Assembly (NCBI RefSeq): GCF_009914755.1
Contig: NC_060947.1
Source of the DNA: the human T2T-CHM13v2.0 reference genome, Homo sapiens
Length of the DNA stretch: 64,000 bases
Direction: 5' to 3' (one strand)
Program-made: the position numbers and the translations under genes
Part shown: positions 1-27,126 of the stretch, one piece after another
How the letters are laid out: the number at the start of each line of letters is the position of its first letter
How positions within the stretch are numbered: position 1 is the stretch's first letter
The notes under the pieces: model-generated
What the model was told of the DNA's origin: nothing
The model's database searches: none
The model's input: the letters and a program-made list of their open reading frames with translations, nothing else

Positions 1-278
1 GAAGTTAGTGTGGGAAAACAGGAAGGATGAGGAAGGGCAGAAGAGCAAATAGGAGAGATAACAGCTTTTAGGGTCAAGTTGAGTCAGCATGCTAACCTAG
101 GCTTTGATACTAGTGCTTTCCCCAGAAAGACACACTCAGCATTATTAAACCTAAAGCAGCTCGATCCTTCTTTGATGAACTACAATGGCAGGACAGACAT
201 AAATGGTAATGGAAACACACATCACCATACTGGCTGGTGGGCAAGTACGTAGAGCCTGACAAAAGAAGCGGTCTACTA

Positions 279-419
<141 letters not shown>

Positions 420-548
420 TTATCAGCTTCCCCCGTAGCTTTAATAAAACTGTTTCCATTATCAGAAACTTTAAGGGACGTTTTCCAAAGTAAGTCTCCA
501 AGTCTATTAAATCATGGTCATGACTTGCTTACATACAGGTATCCAGAT

Positions 549-767
549 CAGTGGTTCTCAACTTGGGGCAATTTTGCTCCCAGGGGATGTTTGCCAGTGT
601 CCAGAGACAATCTGGGTTGTAATAACTTGGGTAGGGATGCTACTCATATCCAGTGGGTAATGGCCAGGGATGCTGCTAAACATCCTATGATGCACTGGAC
701 AGCTCCCCACCCCCAGCAAAGCGTTATCCTGCTCCAAATGTCAATAGTGCTGAGGCTGAGGATCCTG
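549..767 (+). mobile_element. MER20 (hAT-Charlie MITE)
   Basis: CAGTGGTTCTCAAC start, ggccagggatgctgctaaacatcct core, aatgtcaatagtgctgagg end. Confidence 0.8.
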
Positions 768-961
768 CTCTAGATTTAGGTTCATTTCAAAGTAAGAACA
801 AGTGGAGCACCCAAAGAGCTGGTATTCACATATCCACCCAAATGGGTTGTCCAGAATGGTGCTCTTCAATGGAACAACTAATTATAGCTCCTGAGAAGAC
901 TCTGCCTCAAGCAGTTATCAACTATGATATATTAATATTAATTAGTTAATATATTAATATT

Positions 962-2017
<1,056 letters not shown>

Positions 2018-2246
2018 TCACCTAAAGAAGCTTAACATAAAGGTTCCAGAAATAGGAGCATTAGTATTTCAGAGGCCAACATTACACCATCAACTGTTGG
2101 TAGATCTGGTAACAGAATCCAGGACTCTTGCCCTTTGTAGACTGTTATCTCTAAGCTGTACCAAGTGTGGACCACAGTAGACTCTAGTGGACAGCCAAGC
2201 CATCCCTCCTATTACTGTACACAGTCAGTGGCAAAATCCTAACCTA

Positions 2247-2444
<198 letters not shown>

Positions 2445-2506
2445 TCATGACGCTTATCAGAGCCAAGTCATTTAAGGGGCAAATGTCAAAGCATTCACAT
2501 TAGCTA

Positions 2507-2755
<249 letters not shown>

Positions 2756-3344
2756 TCACCTTGCACTTGTCTCAATCCTCCACATAAAGCTAGCAAAACA
2801 TATGACCTACGCTAATCTTAACAATCTTCACAGCATCCTGATGGGAGAGGAAAAGCAAGTATCCCTTTCATTTCATAAGTGAAAAATAGGAGAATGATTT
2901 CACCAATGTCATTCATTCATCAGGTCTGAACTGGTACTAGGACATAGCTTAAATATTTAGTTACTTCTAAAACATTTAGAAAGTATACATCAGTAGGCTT
3001 TTGCCCTTCCCATCAATTTCCTAGTGATCACCAGGAAAATATCAGGCTCAGTTTCACCTTCCGTTAGCAACAAAGGGAGAAAATCCAGGAGGTCAATTGG
3101 GGATTATCATACAATGTTCAAGAATAAGGGGGTGCTTTTGAAAAAAGCAGAACAAATTGCCCACCCAGAGTTGTGGGGCTTATTAAAGGATTAAAACAGT
3201 CCTCTCTGAAAATTGAAGTGAATCATGTGAAATGGAAGTGATGGCTAGGGTATGTGCTTTAGGAAAGCAAATATACCTTTAGCAACTCGAAACTGCAAAG
3301 ACTCAAAAGGGGAACAAAACAGACTAGAAGAATTTCCTCATTTA

Positions 3345-4027
<683 letters not shown>

Positions 4028-4221
4028 AAGAGACTAATATTAATATACAGATAAACAACCAATCATAATTATCACTAGCTTTATTCTCAAACCCAAATTT
4101 CAGCCAAATGCTTTAAATCACTCCCAGTTCTAGGGTAATACCATACTTTCTAGATGCTTGCAATCTCATACCACCATTGCTTCTACAAGACATCCATAAA
4201 TCACAGCACCCAAACTGTTTA

Positions 4222-4404
<183 letters not shown>

Positions 4405-4929
4405 TCACCATACAGCTAGCTCATACTGTAAGTAATATTATCTTTCAATTAAATGAGAAGCTTTTGTCTATCTGATGTTAGTTCCTCTATGTCAAAACCA
4501 CTAAGACAAAGTTGTTTTCTTAAGAAATAAAAAATACTGGGTGTGCACATGCTTGGTATGGAAAAAATATGTGTAAGCAGATGAAAATATTCCAGTTTCA
4601 GATTTTTAGGCTCTCTATAAAGAATTCTCCCCATATTTTATTCTGAAGGTACAGTTTAAGAAAAAAGAAAAAATCATTTTATACTAGAAGAATAAAGTGC
4701 TAGAAAGGGCTAATCTATATATGAAGCACAGAAACGGGGTTTGGACTACGCTGGACACTAGCTGTGAAATCAATCTATAGGGTCCCGGGTAGGAAGCTGG
4801 GACATAAGTTTTCCTGGTCAACATTCCGGCTTTTGCTAAGTACTCACACAGTGGTCAGAAACATGGCTGCCTGTATTCTATTTTTAGAGAGTTACCCATC
4901 ATTCCCTCAATGGTCTATCCTTTTCTTAA

Positions 4930-5440
<511 letters not shown>

Positions 5441-5498
5441 TATTGGAGACTTTTTAAAGAAAAGGTAGGCAAGAATGACTTAACATTACAATGCTTTT

Positions 5499-8180
<2,682 letters not shown>

Positions 8181-8327
8181 GTCGGCAGTTTACTCCCTTT
8201 TTTTGGAGGGTAAAGTGGGAGGGAGGTAAAGAGCTCCCAATACAGGAATTGCCAAAGTAATAGTTATACTTAAGTTAGGAACATTTCTTCAAATGACAGA
8301 AAAAAGTTACGAAGAAACGCTATTCAC

Positions 8328-8727
8328 TGTTATGGACTGAATGTTTCCTATTCCTATATTGAAGCCTTAACCCACTATGTGATGGTATTTGGCAATGGGG
8401 CATTGGGGAGGTGATAATGATTGAATGAAGTCTTAAGGGTGGGGCCCTAATCAGATAGAGCTGGAGCTCATACAGGAAGGGGAAGACACCGGAGTTCCCT
8501 TGCTCACTCTTTCTCCCTCTCCGTCCCCCACCCCGCAAAACCATGTGAGGACACAGCAAGAGGGTAGGCTGTCTGAAAGCTAAGAAGAGAGCCCTCACCA
8601 GAAACTGAACCCTGTGTGACCTTGATCTTGGCCTTTCCAGCCTTCAGAACTATGAGAAAATAAACCTCTGTTGTTTAAGCCACTCAGTCCGTGGTGTTTT
8701 GTTATGGCAGCCCAAGAAACTAATACA
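8328..8727 (+). mobile_element. MLT1A-type solo LTR (ERVL-MaLR)
   Basis: TG...CA termini (tgttatggactgaatg ... aactaataca), ccatgtgaggacacag core, aataaa...tttaagccac 3' motif. Confidence 0.8.
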
Positions 8728-9961
8728 AACGTTCAACAACTTACAGCTATATCTCATCAAATCTGAACACTGATTTTAAGTTCATAGTTCTCTTGAGACT
8801 AATACCAATTTCGGACAAAAAAACTAAGCCACCTCAGATCAAGTTTTCAATAATTTAGAACCTAAAACAAAACTGTACATAACAGTTCAATAACAGTTGT
8901 AGGTAGACAAAAGCTTATCATTTAACCTGGAACCACTTTATAATACGGTAGCTTTATTATTACCAGTGTTGGATAAACACAGAGTACAATGAGGCATTTA
9001 AATGAATGACTTGAGAGGAACTTGTGCTTCTTAGATATTTCTAAGGCAGGAGAAAGGAACAGTGACCAGCCCTGTCTTGTAGCTTGGCATCAAGAAAATT
9101 TGCATGGTCAACTCTGTGGAGGCCATCCAACTCTGGTACAGCAACACGGACCAGGAATTTATCAGGTTTAAATTGTTACCAACATACTGAACACAAAGGC
9201 TTTAAATCTATTTTTGAATGAATGGGGTGGAACTGATGGGAAAAGTTGAGAGATATGAAATGCAAAAAGTAAGGCTCAGAGGGTAGTATCTGAATTACGA
9301 ATGAGAGGCATTACAGAAAGCAATCTACATGAATGTGTTAGCTTGTACCGCTTCAGCCACTAGTTTGACCAAATTAGAGATTACAAAGGGACACTGCCAA
9401 ATGAATTTACTTTGAAATAGAGGCTGTGGGTGGAAAGGTGGATGGGGAGAATATTGCAGTTTCTATGGCTTTTTGGATCTCCTCAGAAGCATTCAATAAA
9501 ATGCCTTTTCATAGTCAAAGTCTGGTTGATCGTTTCCCACAAAACACAAACATTACATTTTACCTAAAATGATTCAAAAATGGATGATGTTCACATTACC
9601 TTTATTTGCTTATTTAACATTTACTCTGAGACTGTCTTGTTAGATATGCAGCACTAAAGCACAATATAATTTGGTATCATACAAAATCATTATAAAATTG
9701 GCAAAAGTTTCAAAGAAAGAGTTAATGATGAGGATTTGTGATCATCATTAGACTTGTGGCTTTAGCTATATCTGGTAGGACTTCAACAGTTTGAAGAATG
9801 AGATTTGAGGACTCTCTAGTGACTGACAATGTCCCTTTAATAAACACCTAGAGAAAGCACATGCTGTGAATATTTTACTATATTCTAATGTATCAAGTTT
9901 TCATTAGTGCCATGGGCTCACCCACCCTACCCCAAAATATGTTTTAGTGTAAGCATCTTAC

Positions 9962-10092
9962 ATAATAAACTCCTGCCCCAGTGACTGTTGCTCCTACAAT
10001 TAAGAAGTACACTAGGTTGCTGCCATCTTTCCCAGAAGCACCTGTAGATGCTAGTGATCTAGAAGGGGATCCTAGGTGATGAGACTGCACAA
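9962..10092 (-). CDS. AIFM1: AIFM1 alternative exon 2b (brain-enriched AIF2 isoform)
   Basis: ctacag|TT...TAT|gtaaga, 131 nt, same phases as exon 2a; encodes VVQSHHLGSPSRSLASTGASGKDGSNLVYFLIVGATVTGAGVYY, paralogous to 2a. Confidence 0.93.
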
Positions 10093-11218
10093 CTGTAGGT
10101 AAAGATAAGGCCAAGAGAGAAACAAAAGGAAACAGAGTACTAAGTATTAATGAAGAAACATTCAATACAAAGGCAGAGAAGCAGTTTTGGTTACCCTGTG
10201 CTAAAAAAGGAAAAAGAAAAAAATGCTGCTCCAGGATTGCAGAATGTGTATTTCATCAAACCACATTATCAGACAGCTCTCGCCTATTTCTTACTCTGAT
10301 TTGACTCACAATAGGCAAGAACTATCTACTTTTCTTGTCCGTTTGGGAGTCACATCAGGGGATGAGGATATAGGTAGCTTCAAATAATTTTCATGTCCCT
10401 TTCTTTAAGCTAGCAACCAAGGAACAAAGATAAATTCATTGTCTTACCAATGTAGAAAAAAACCCCTAAACTTGTAATGGCTTAAGTAAAACAAACAGCT
10501 TCCTTCAATCAAGGGTGTTACTAGGTGTTATCTAAGTTGGTTCACTCAACCTTACAGGATCCAACTTTAGACTGATCGGCTTAGTCACAGTAAACCCTGC
10601 CAAGTTAGGAAAAAAACACCCACAAAATAATTCCTCTGTGACCTGCTAAGCTGATCGGAGTTCATTTAAGGAGATATAATGGTGCTAATACTACATAGCA
10701 ATTAAACACCATATTTCTCACCTCAAACAAACTCCATTCTAAAATCAGTGATACTAGCCCTGTTTCTGTAATTTAGTCTTTGGGTAAGATTCAGGGATAG
10801 CTTTCCTTTTAGGAACACTTAATATTTTTGATTGAAGGCTGTTGTTTTTTTAATGTGAACCTCAAGCTGAGGAAATAAAATGTCTGACAAATAGGTCAAA
10901 ATCAAATATTGTGCTAAGGAGCTGCAATGGATTTTGACTTTATTCACAGGTTAGTGTGTGACATCCAAGAAAACAGGTACAATTTTGTGGGTTACTCGAA
11001 TCTAGGAAAACATAGTGGCTTTCAAGTAAAGAAGAAAAAGACAAGTGAAAAGAGCAGAAATCAATCAACATGAGATTAAATTTCAGTCATTCCAGAATTG
11101 GCTCCCATAAGATATTAGGCAGCAGGCACTTAAGAGAAGGCTTTTTGAAAATTTTTCCAAAAGGAGAAAGGGGAATTAGTTGCAAAAGTTTTAAAGCAGA
11201 ATACTATCGAGTCTATTA

Positions 11219-11467
<249 letters not shown>

Positions 11468-12254
11468 TTATGATTAAATGTCAATGCACTGTACAAGACT
11501 TATTGCCCACAGATATTCACCGTTAAATGATCAAGAAAAATATCATCAAAACTGCATATATAAATACTACAGACAGCTGAATGAACGCTCTTAAGTTGCT
11601 GAAGTTTTTAAGAGTAAAATTTAATGCTGTCCAGTGAGAAAATTTTCAGCTTCCAGAAAAGATCATGAAAAACACGAACAGTTCATCAAATACCTCTTCC
11701 TTCATGTCTTTCCCATAAATTAAGTAAACACAGAGAGATGACTGAATAGGTAGATATACAAAGTTAACCATGGGCTACCTGGGACATTATAACAACCATT
11801 TAAGGAGTAATCTAGATGGTTCCAATCTTGCACAAAATAAAACGCAACACTCTAACCAGGACACAGTTCAATCTTGCATGAAAGGTAATGTGTCCTGGAA
11901 TACAGAAATGTTAAAGCTCAGAAGAAAATCAGAAAAAAAAATTTTAATGAGTTTCTCTCCCCCAAAGAACTAAAAAATTTTGGACTATGAAATATTTTTT
12001 ATAATGACAAAATGTGAAGTGTCCAGCAACTCCTTGACTCTTACTCCTCCAAAATAATACAAAGGTTATTTTGACGTAAAACTATGCAGAGCTATGTAAT
12101 GATGTGATGATCATAACAGCACCTGTACATAGAAATATAAGAGTTCTGTAGATTTCTTTTTCTAGGGAGACGCTGACATTTTCAGATAAAGGAAGGTCTC
12201 AGTCTCTGATTATTCTGTGATTACTCCTCGTGTTTGTTGACTATCAACCTAGAG

Positions 12255-13399
<1,145 letters not shown>

Positions 13400-13407
13400 G
13401 TCTAGAG

Positions 13408-13609
13408 CAGGTATATCCTATCTTTTGGCTTCCCCGAGCCACATGGGAAGAAGAAGAATTGTCCTGGGCCACATATAAAATACACTAACACTAACCATAG
13501 CTGATGAGCTAAAAAAAAAAAAAAAAAAAAAAAAAAAATCGCAAAAAAATCTCATAATGTTTTAAGAAAGTTTACAAATTTGTGTTGGGCTGCAGGTTGG
13601 ACAAGCTTA
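13408..13609 (+). mobile_element. MER30 (hAT-Charlie MITE)
   Basis: cttttggcttccc...gaagaagaattgtc...aacactaac...gctgatgagct(A)n...ctcataatgttttaagaaag...ggttggacaagctt. Confidence 0.8.
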
Positions 13610-14552
13610 GTCTAGAGGCTGATACTTATGTCCCTGTCCTGTCTAGGCTTTAAAAGACAAACAGAATGGACACTGGTAGTAGCATCCCATGTATACTTGC
13701 AGAGATTAGAGAAGGAATTTCCCCCTTGCTTTCATAACGTTAGGCCACAGACGGGTAAAAACAAGCCCAATGTGGATCTGTGGTCTCTCATCTGAAATCC
13801 TGGGGACCATGTATAATTTGGAACTTTGAATTATCTGGTCTTAAGTATATGGGGCATATACCACATAGTGACACCTAGCAAGGTAAAGGGCAGCAATTCA
13901 TAGTTAAACATATTAATATGACCAATCACGCTAAGTGATATTTTAAAAAGATTATAAAGTAGCCTCTCTCCAGTTCAGGTCAGGTTTTACTGGCAAATGA
14001 GTTATGAAAACTTGATAGTCTTAAATTTTGGTCATTCTACAATTTCAATTTCTGAATTACAGATAAGAGACTTTAGATCTACACTCTTAGAAAAGGAAAT
14101 GTATTTTTCTTTACTGTTCTTCTTACCTGCTTTTAGAACTCTTCATCACCACATGAAATAAAATGGTTGAGATTTGGAAATAATGACAAATCATGAAAAT
14201 AAAAACGTGAGCGGGGCAGAAACTTATCTCAATCTGGGCAAGCTTTTGATTTTCAGAAGCTTACAAAAATAATGAACCATCAGAAGTAGAAAGTGGTAAC
14301 TCTCAGAGCTTAGAAAATGAAACTGGTTAGGAAAAGTTCCATGTGATTTAGTTCAATGAATTTAGTTTGTCCTCCACCTCTACCCCTGGTTCATTTACTA
14401 AAAATAAATTTTTTTTGTTTTTGTTTTTCTTTTTTTTAATTCTGTTTATTCCTCCAGAAGACCCTAAATACAGACATTATAACAAATTTGTTTTAATATC
14501 ATACTCATGTTTATTCTCCTTCTGCTTGCTTTTCACAAACTGATAATACTAA

Positions 14553-18999
<4,447 letters not shown>

Positions 19000-20039
19000 T
19001 TATCTCAATTTCTGTGCAACAAGCACAGAGCACCATCATTTCAATACACAAAACCCTCAAAGATGACATCCATTGATAAGGCATTAGTTTAAAAGCTAAG
19101 CAGAGGTTTTAAGTTCCAAGAGCAGTATGTCCCAGGACATAACTCAAATACACCTATCAGGAAACATTTTCATTGTGCATAGCAACTGGAAAAACTGTTC
19201 AAATGCACATTTGCAAAGACCCTAACAACCCAAGGAAAATATTTTCCACTTTTTATTTTTAAAGCACCCAGGTGTTTCTGTATTGTAAAAGCCTCAAGGA
19301 TAACTTCTGACATTGCAAATGCCCTAGGGGTGGACATTGAAGGATTACTGATTTTTTTTTCAAAGCAACTCCTACAGGTGGATCATTCATTGCCCCCATG
19401 AAGTAACGCAGTACGAAAAGAAGCAGGCTCAAGCCATGCTCAGATAAATTCACGGATATCTGATGTACAATGGGCTAATTACTGGGAAGAGACCCGAATT
19501 CATTCTTAACTTTTTGAGGTCAACTTTAGGAAGCAGTATGGAGTTGCAGCGAAGGGATTAAGGACCTGGAGGCTAGCAAACTATCCTTAGCTCTACCTAT
19601 TAATTAACTATGTGACCTTTGGCAAGTAATTTCACCTCTCTGTGCCTCAGTTTATTATCTATAAAATGAGTGGGTTGACCTTTACCACAAAATCCCTTCC
19701 AGCTCTAAAATTTGATGAAACAACTTAATGGAGAACAAAATACAATGCGTTCTGCAAACTGTTTCTTTGAAGCCTTAAAGACCACCAAGAAGTACACGGC
19801 TCAGGCATCTCCAATTAAGTCTGGGCCAATTCTCTGGGTGTCTGGTACACAACCAACCGACTCCTTACTTGCCCTGCACCGTTTCTGTTTCACTGGGCAT
19901 TCAAATCCATGGATCTCATCTGTGGTTTGGAAGGCTGAGCAGATAACACCCTCATTTACACAAGAAACTTAGGCGTAGGGCTTAAACGTCCTGTTTAAAG
20001 TCTCAATCGGTAAATGACAAAGTCTACTTGACCTCATTG

Positions 20040-21100
<1,061 letters not shown>

Positions 21101-21527
21101 ACCCAACCCGTTTCCTGGACAAGTAATTCTGCGCTCTTCTTCCCGCCTGTCACCTTTATTTATTAGTTCAGTTGTGTGTCCTAGATGCTGTATACCAGGT
21201 GCTACAGATACACACAGTCTCCTGCTGTGGTTTCTGTGCTTGGGAGCAGGATGTTAGCAAAAAGCGTTCGTGCTTCTCGGACTTTCTGGGAAGAGAAGTC
21301 TGCTAAGCAGAACTTTCAGTTATGGGAGTAGGGTGAGGGGCTGAGTGTAAATAAGTGTTTTGACTCTGCCAGATATAAGCTAAATTGGAAATAATGTTTT
21401 GGCTGCATGCAGAACATACAATGTGCCTGTTTCAAAGATTCAGCTTACATATTCATTTAACAAGTATTTATTGAGCACTTACCTCTTGGATTGTACTATA
21501 AAAGGGGCTCTGTTGGGTATGAAAAGT

Positions 21528-21752
21528 ACGGATGGTCCCCGACTTACCCCTCACAATGGTTCGACTTACAATTTTTCGACTTTATGATGGGTTTAATGAG
21601 ACCTAACCCCATGTCAGTCGAGGAGCATCTGGACTTAAGCATGGTTCAACTTACGGTTTTTTGACTTTATGATGGGTTTATCAGGGTATTAAATGCAGTT
21701 TCGACTTAACGATATTTTCAGTTTACAATGGGTTTATTTGGACATAGCATCT
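21528..21752. mobile_element. MER47/Tigger5-derived MITE with a repeated internal segment
   Basis: gatggtccccgacttac ... gtcgaggagcatctg TIR-like ends; tggttcRacttac...gactttatgatgggttta occurs twice. Confidence 0.65.
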
Positions 21753-22266
21753 ATATAGGAAGTGGCCACTGTCTAGTTGGGGAGATGACATATACCGGTC
21801 ATTGAAATAATATCTGGTGTAGTGCCGGACAGAGCAAGAGAGAAGACTATGGGATGGAATCACTATGGTAGAACTTCGTGTAAGAAGTTATTTGAGTTGT
21901 GTCTTGAAGGATGAGTAGTAAAATTCAAACAGTAGAGGAAAAGGATTGATATTTCAGATGGTGAATACTTTCGGACCAAAGATAACATTTTTCATTGTTA
22001 AACATGTTGACCTTGGATCCAGACCAACCCACATTGAATCCTGGCTCTGCCACCTGGGCAAGTCACTTAATTGTGCCTCATTTTCCTCATCTACAAATCT
22101 CAGGAGGGTGTTCGGAAGACTAAATGAGCTAATATTTGTAAAGTGTCTTAGAGGAAGCACCATGCTGTTTGTTAAATGAAAAGGCTTGGAACTGTTTTAA
22201 AAAACCAAAACCCAGCACATTTTCGGGGGACAATGATAGAGAGTACATACTAAGAAGTATTGATGT

Positions 22267-24033
<1,767 letters not shown>

Positions 24034-26699
24034 TCAATTCCAAAGTAAGGTAAAAATTATTTATATTTACTTAACATTTTAACAGCCTTGCATTGATTTT
24101 TATTGATATTTGTAAAAACCAATAATCATGGATTGATTAAATACAAAGTTAATTATATCTGATGGCAAAAGAGACTGGAAAACACTGTCAAAATCATGAT
24201 AATCAGGTACCTATGAAAACAACTGCATGTATTTGAAAGTAATTTAATAATGCACAATTAACACAAAGGGCATTGTACAGTACATTTAATTTTTTTACAA
24301 TAGGTACAATAAGGTAGTTTTCCTGTCCTTTTAATTAAAAATTATATTTTTATCTTTTTTCAAAAGCAATATATACTCATTGAATTAATTCCAAAAAATA
24401 TAAGTGGAAATCCCCCAAAGTCTCACCCCACAGAAGTAACAGACACCTTTTATTAGGGCAAGAAGCCCATTTTGAGATATCATATTTTCAGAAATCAAAG
24501 TTTCTTCCTTACAAAAGTAGACTCAGTGACAAGTTTTTGCTAGAAGCTTACATTGAAATAATCTTATTATGTACATATGTTTTTTTAATATCTCTCAGGA
24601 AGTTAGCATTAATTCTAGCTGTGAATTGGCAAAGGGCAAAGCCCCTTTCTACTTTGTGTACAGGATGTACCTAATTAATAGTTACCCCTCTCCACCTTAA
24701 AGCTATTCTGTAGATAAAGATCATCAGGGGCATTAACTTCCAATACAGAGGGGAACGATCCAGCAAACTAGGCATCAGACTAATCAAAACCAAAAATACT
24801 GTACAATGATGATTGATACATAATACAATGAAAATTGGTATTCATAAGGATGATTTTGGATTAGCCAACTAAGAGGAAATCCTTATCTGGGTAGTTTTAA
24901 TGCTGAGTAGTATAATGTAGGGTTTTAGAAATGGGCGACCCACATATATGATAAAAGGGTTAGCTGTAAATATATCTGCTAGCTCAGCTAATAAACTTAT
25001 TAACTGGAAGATGCCATTCTGAGTAACTTGGACGTCCTTGAGTAGTCACATTCCAATTTGCTTTCAGGTATATCACTGATGCACTGAATTGTTTTTCTCT
25101 CAGCAGAAATGGATTTGGTCATGTTTGTCTCTTCCTGCAGCTCAACCTCCCAAATAAGATGGCAGCTCAACTGTGCTGTTTGAATCCCTGACCTTGATGG
25201 CATTAGCAATAACTCACGAGTCAGTGCTAGTGACATGTGTCAGTGTTACCTTAGCTTATGAAATATGTAGGGGGAGAGGTAAAGTCTTAAAAGAAACAAA
25301 TGGGTGCACTTTATCGTATGTAAATTGTACCCCCAGTAAAGTCGATTTCAAACAAATTCTGAACCCGCGAATGACTTTAGGGAGAAGGAATACTGGTCTT
25401 GACCAAGATGTGTGTGATGATTAGTAAGCTTTGGGCAGCAGCCCCCTAATACTGTAAGGAGGTTGTGTTCATTTATCATCTTCCAAGCATAATCTAGGCT
25501 TCTGGCAAATTAGACCCAACCACTTTGTTCTACATTCAGCTGCAGGGGGAGGTGAACCCTCCTAGGGATTCCCAACTCCCTCTGAAACTCCAGCGTTCTG
25601 GAGGGACTTATGGTTATATGGAGGGCTTGGGAATGGAAGGCACTGTGGAGCTTATGCCATTGTCCCAAGATCCTCCACCTGGGCCAGTAATGGCTAGCCC
25701 CGTAAACAAAGTCCCCTTTTGCTGGAACTGCCACCACTAGCTTCCCCCCCTTCTCCTAGCCTCTGTGTGGCCCTCTCCCGCGGCGGGCCTTCCCCATTGG
25801 CCAGCCAAACACAACCGACTGCGGCAGCCAATAGGAGCCGCTCTCCTGAACATTCAGAGGATGGGTGCGCGTGGTGTGATAAGGGGATGTTGGCGCCTGG
25901 TACGCGCCCCCCTACATCTGGCAAGTCTGTAACAGAAACAGTTACACCCCCTACACACGCACACGCGTGCCCGCTGGCTCCCTCCTCTCAGCTGTACAGG
26001 CCCCGGACAACCCACTGCGTGTCTTGGCAGCGGCCTCCCAGGCTGCCTGGGGCCCGCGAGTGCACCTGCTCACTCATTAAGACAGAGCATCCCTTTATCC
26101 CAAGGCGCGGGTCGGGTAGAGGGTGGGGGTAGAGGGGACGGGGTAGCGGGGACCGGGAAGGCGCGGCTCAGCTGCCCGCTGCTCCCGAGGTGAAAGAGGT
26201 GCCTCCGCCCCCACCCCATCCCCGCAGAGTTGCGTTGCTCCAGGGAGGCCGAAGTGATCCAGTGATGTCTTAAGGTGCAGCTCTTTGTCCTCCCCAGCTG
26301 TGCTCCCTGCCCGCTGACCCCGTGCGCTCGAGCCAGTGGGGGTGGGGAGCCCGAAACCTATAACATAAACGGGGGCAAGGAGAAAGAAGTCTATCCCGGG
26401 GTGGCGTGTGCCGCTGTCCCCACCCCGTCTCTTTCCTCCTGAGGCTTCTTCCCTCGGGTCCGTCCCGGGAATGCAGGCAGGGGAGGGTGTGGGCCGAGGC
26501 GCGGCGGCGGCTGGAGCAGCGCGGTAGGGTCCTTCGCCAGAGCATCCGGTCCGAGGGCGCACACAGGCAGAAGGCTCGCGGCTCGTCCACTCTCCTCCCT
26601 CTCTCCTCCTCTCCCTGGCTTTTGTGTTGGTGCCTCCGAGCTGCAAGGAGGGTGCGCTGGAGGAGGAGGAGGGGGGCCCGGAGTGAGAGGCACCCCCTT

Positions 26700-26778
26700 C
26701 ACGCGCGCGCGCGCACACGGTGCCGGCGCACGCACACACGGGCGGACACACACACACGCGCGCACACACACACGCACA
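26700..26778. repeat. Alternating purine-pyrimidine (CG)n/(CA)n tract just upstream of the RAB33A ATG
   Basis: cacgcgcgcgcgcgcacac...cacacacacacgcgcgcacacacacacgcaca read directly. Confidence 0.9.
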
Positions 26779-26868
26779 GAGCTCGCTCGCCTCGAGCGCA
26801 CGAACGTGGACGTTCTCTTTGTGTGGAGCCCTCAAGGGGGGTTGGGGCCCCGGTTCGGTCCGGGGGAG

Positions 26869-27126
26869 ATGGCGCAGCCCATCCTGGGCCATGGGAGCCT
26901 GCAGCCCGCCTCGGCCGCTGGCCTGGCGTCCCTGGAGCTCGACTCGTCGCTGGACCAGTACGTGCAGATTCGCATCTTCAAAATAATCGTGATTGGGGAC
27001 TCCAACGTGGGCAAGACCTGCCTGACCTTCCGCTTCTGCGGGGGTACCTTCCCAGACAAGACTGAAGCCACCATCGGCGTGGACTTCAGGGAGAAGACCG
27101 TGGAAATCGAGGGCGAGAAGATCAAG
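26869..27126 (+). CDS. RAB33A: RAB33A coding exon 1 (Rab small GTPase, P-loop)
   Basis: ATG in gagATGg context; [12 protein letters not shown]...[12 protein letters not shown]...TIGVDF...GEKIK; 258 nt, donor AAG|gtgatc. Confidence 0.97.

Noticed and set aside
21556-21680. Spaced direct repeats resembling a CRISPR-like array
   Set aside because: Only two copies, both part of a MER47/Tigger5 MITE; eukaryotic context with no cas genes.
25993-26013. Possible REST/RE1 site upstream of RAB33A (caggccccggacaacc)
   Set aside because: Too many mismatches to the RE1 consensus to support.
26095-27065. 265-aa minus-strand and 219-aa plus-strand ORFs at RAB33A
   Set aside because: Low-complexity translations of the CpG island and the (CA)/(CG) tract; only the frame from 26869 encodes a Rab.
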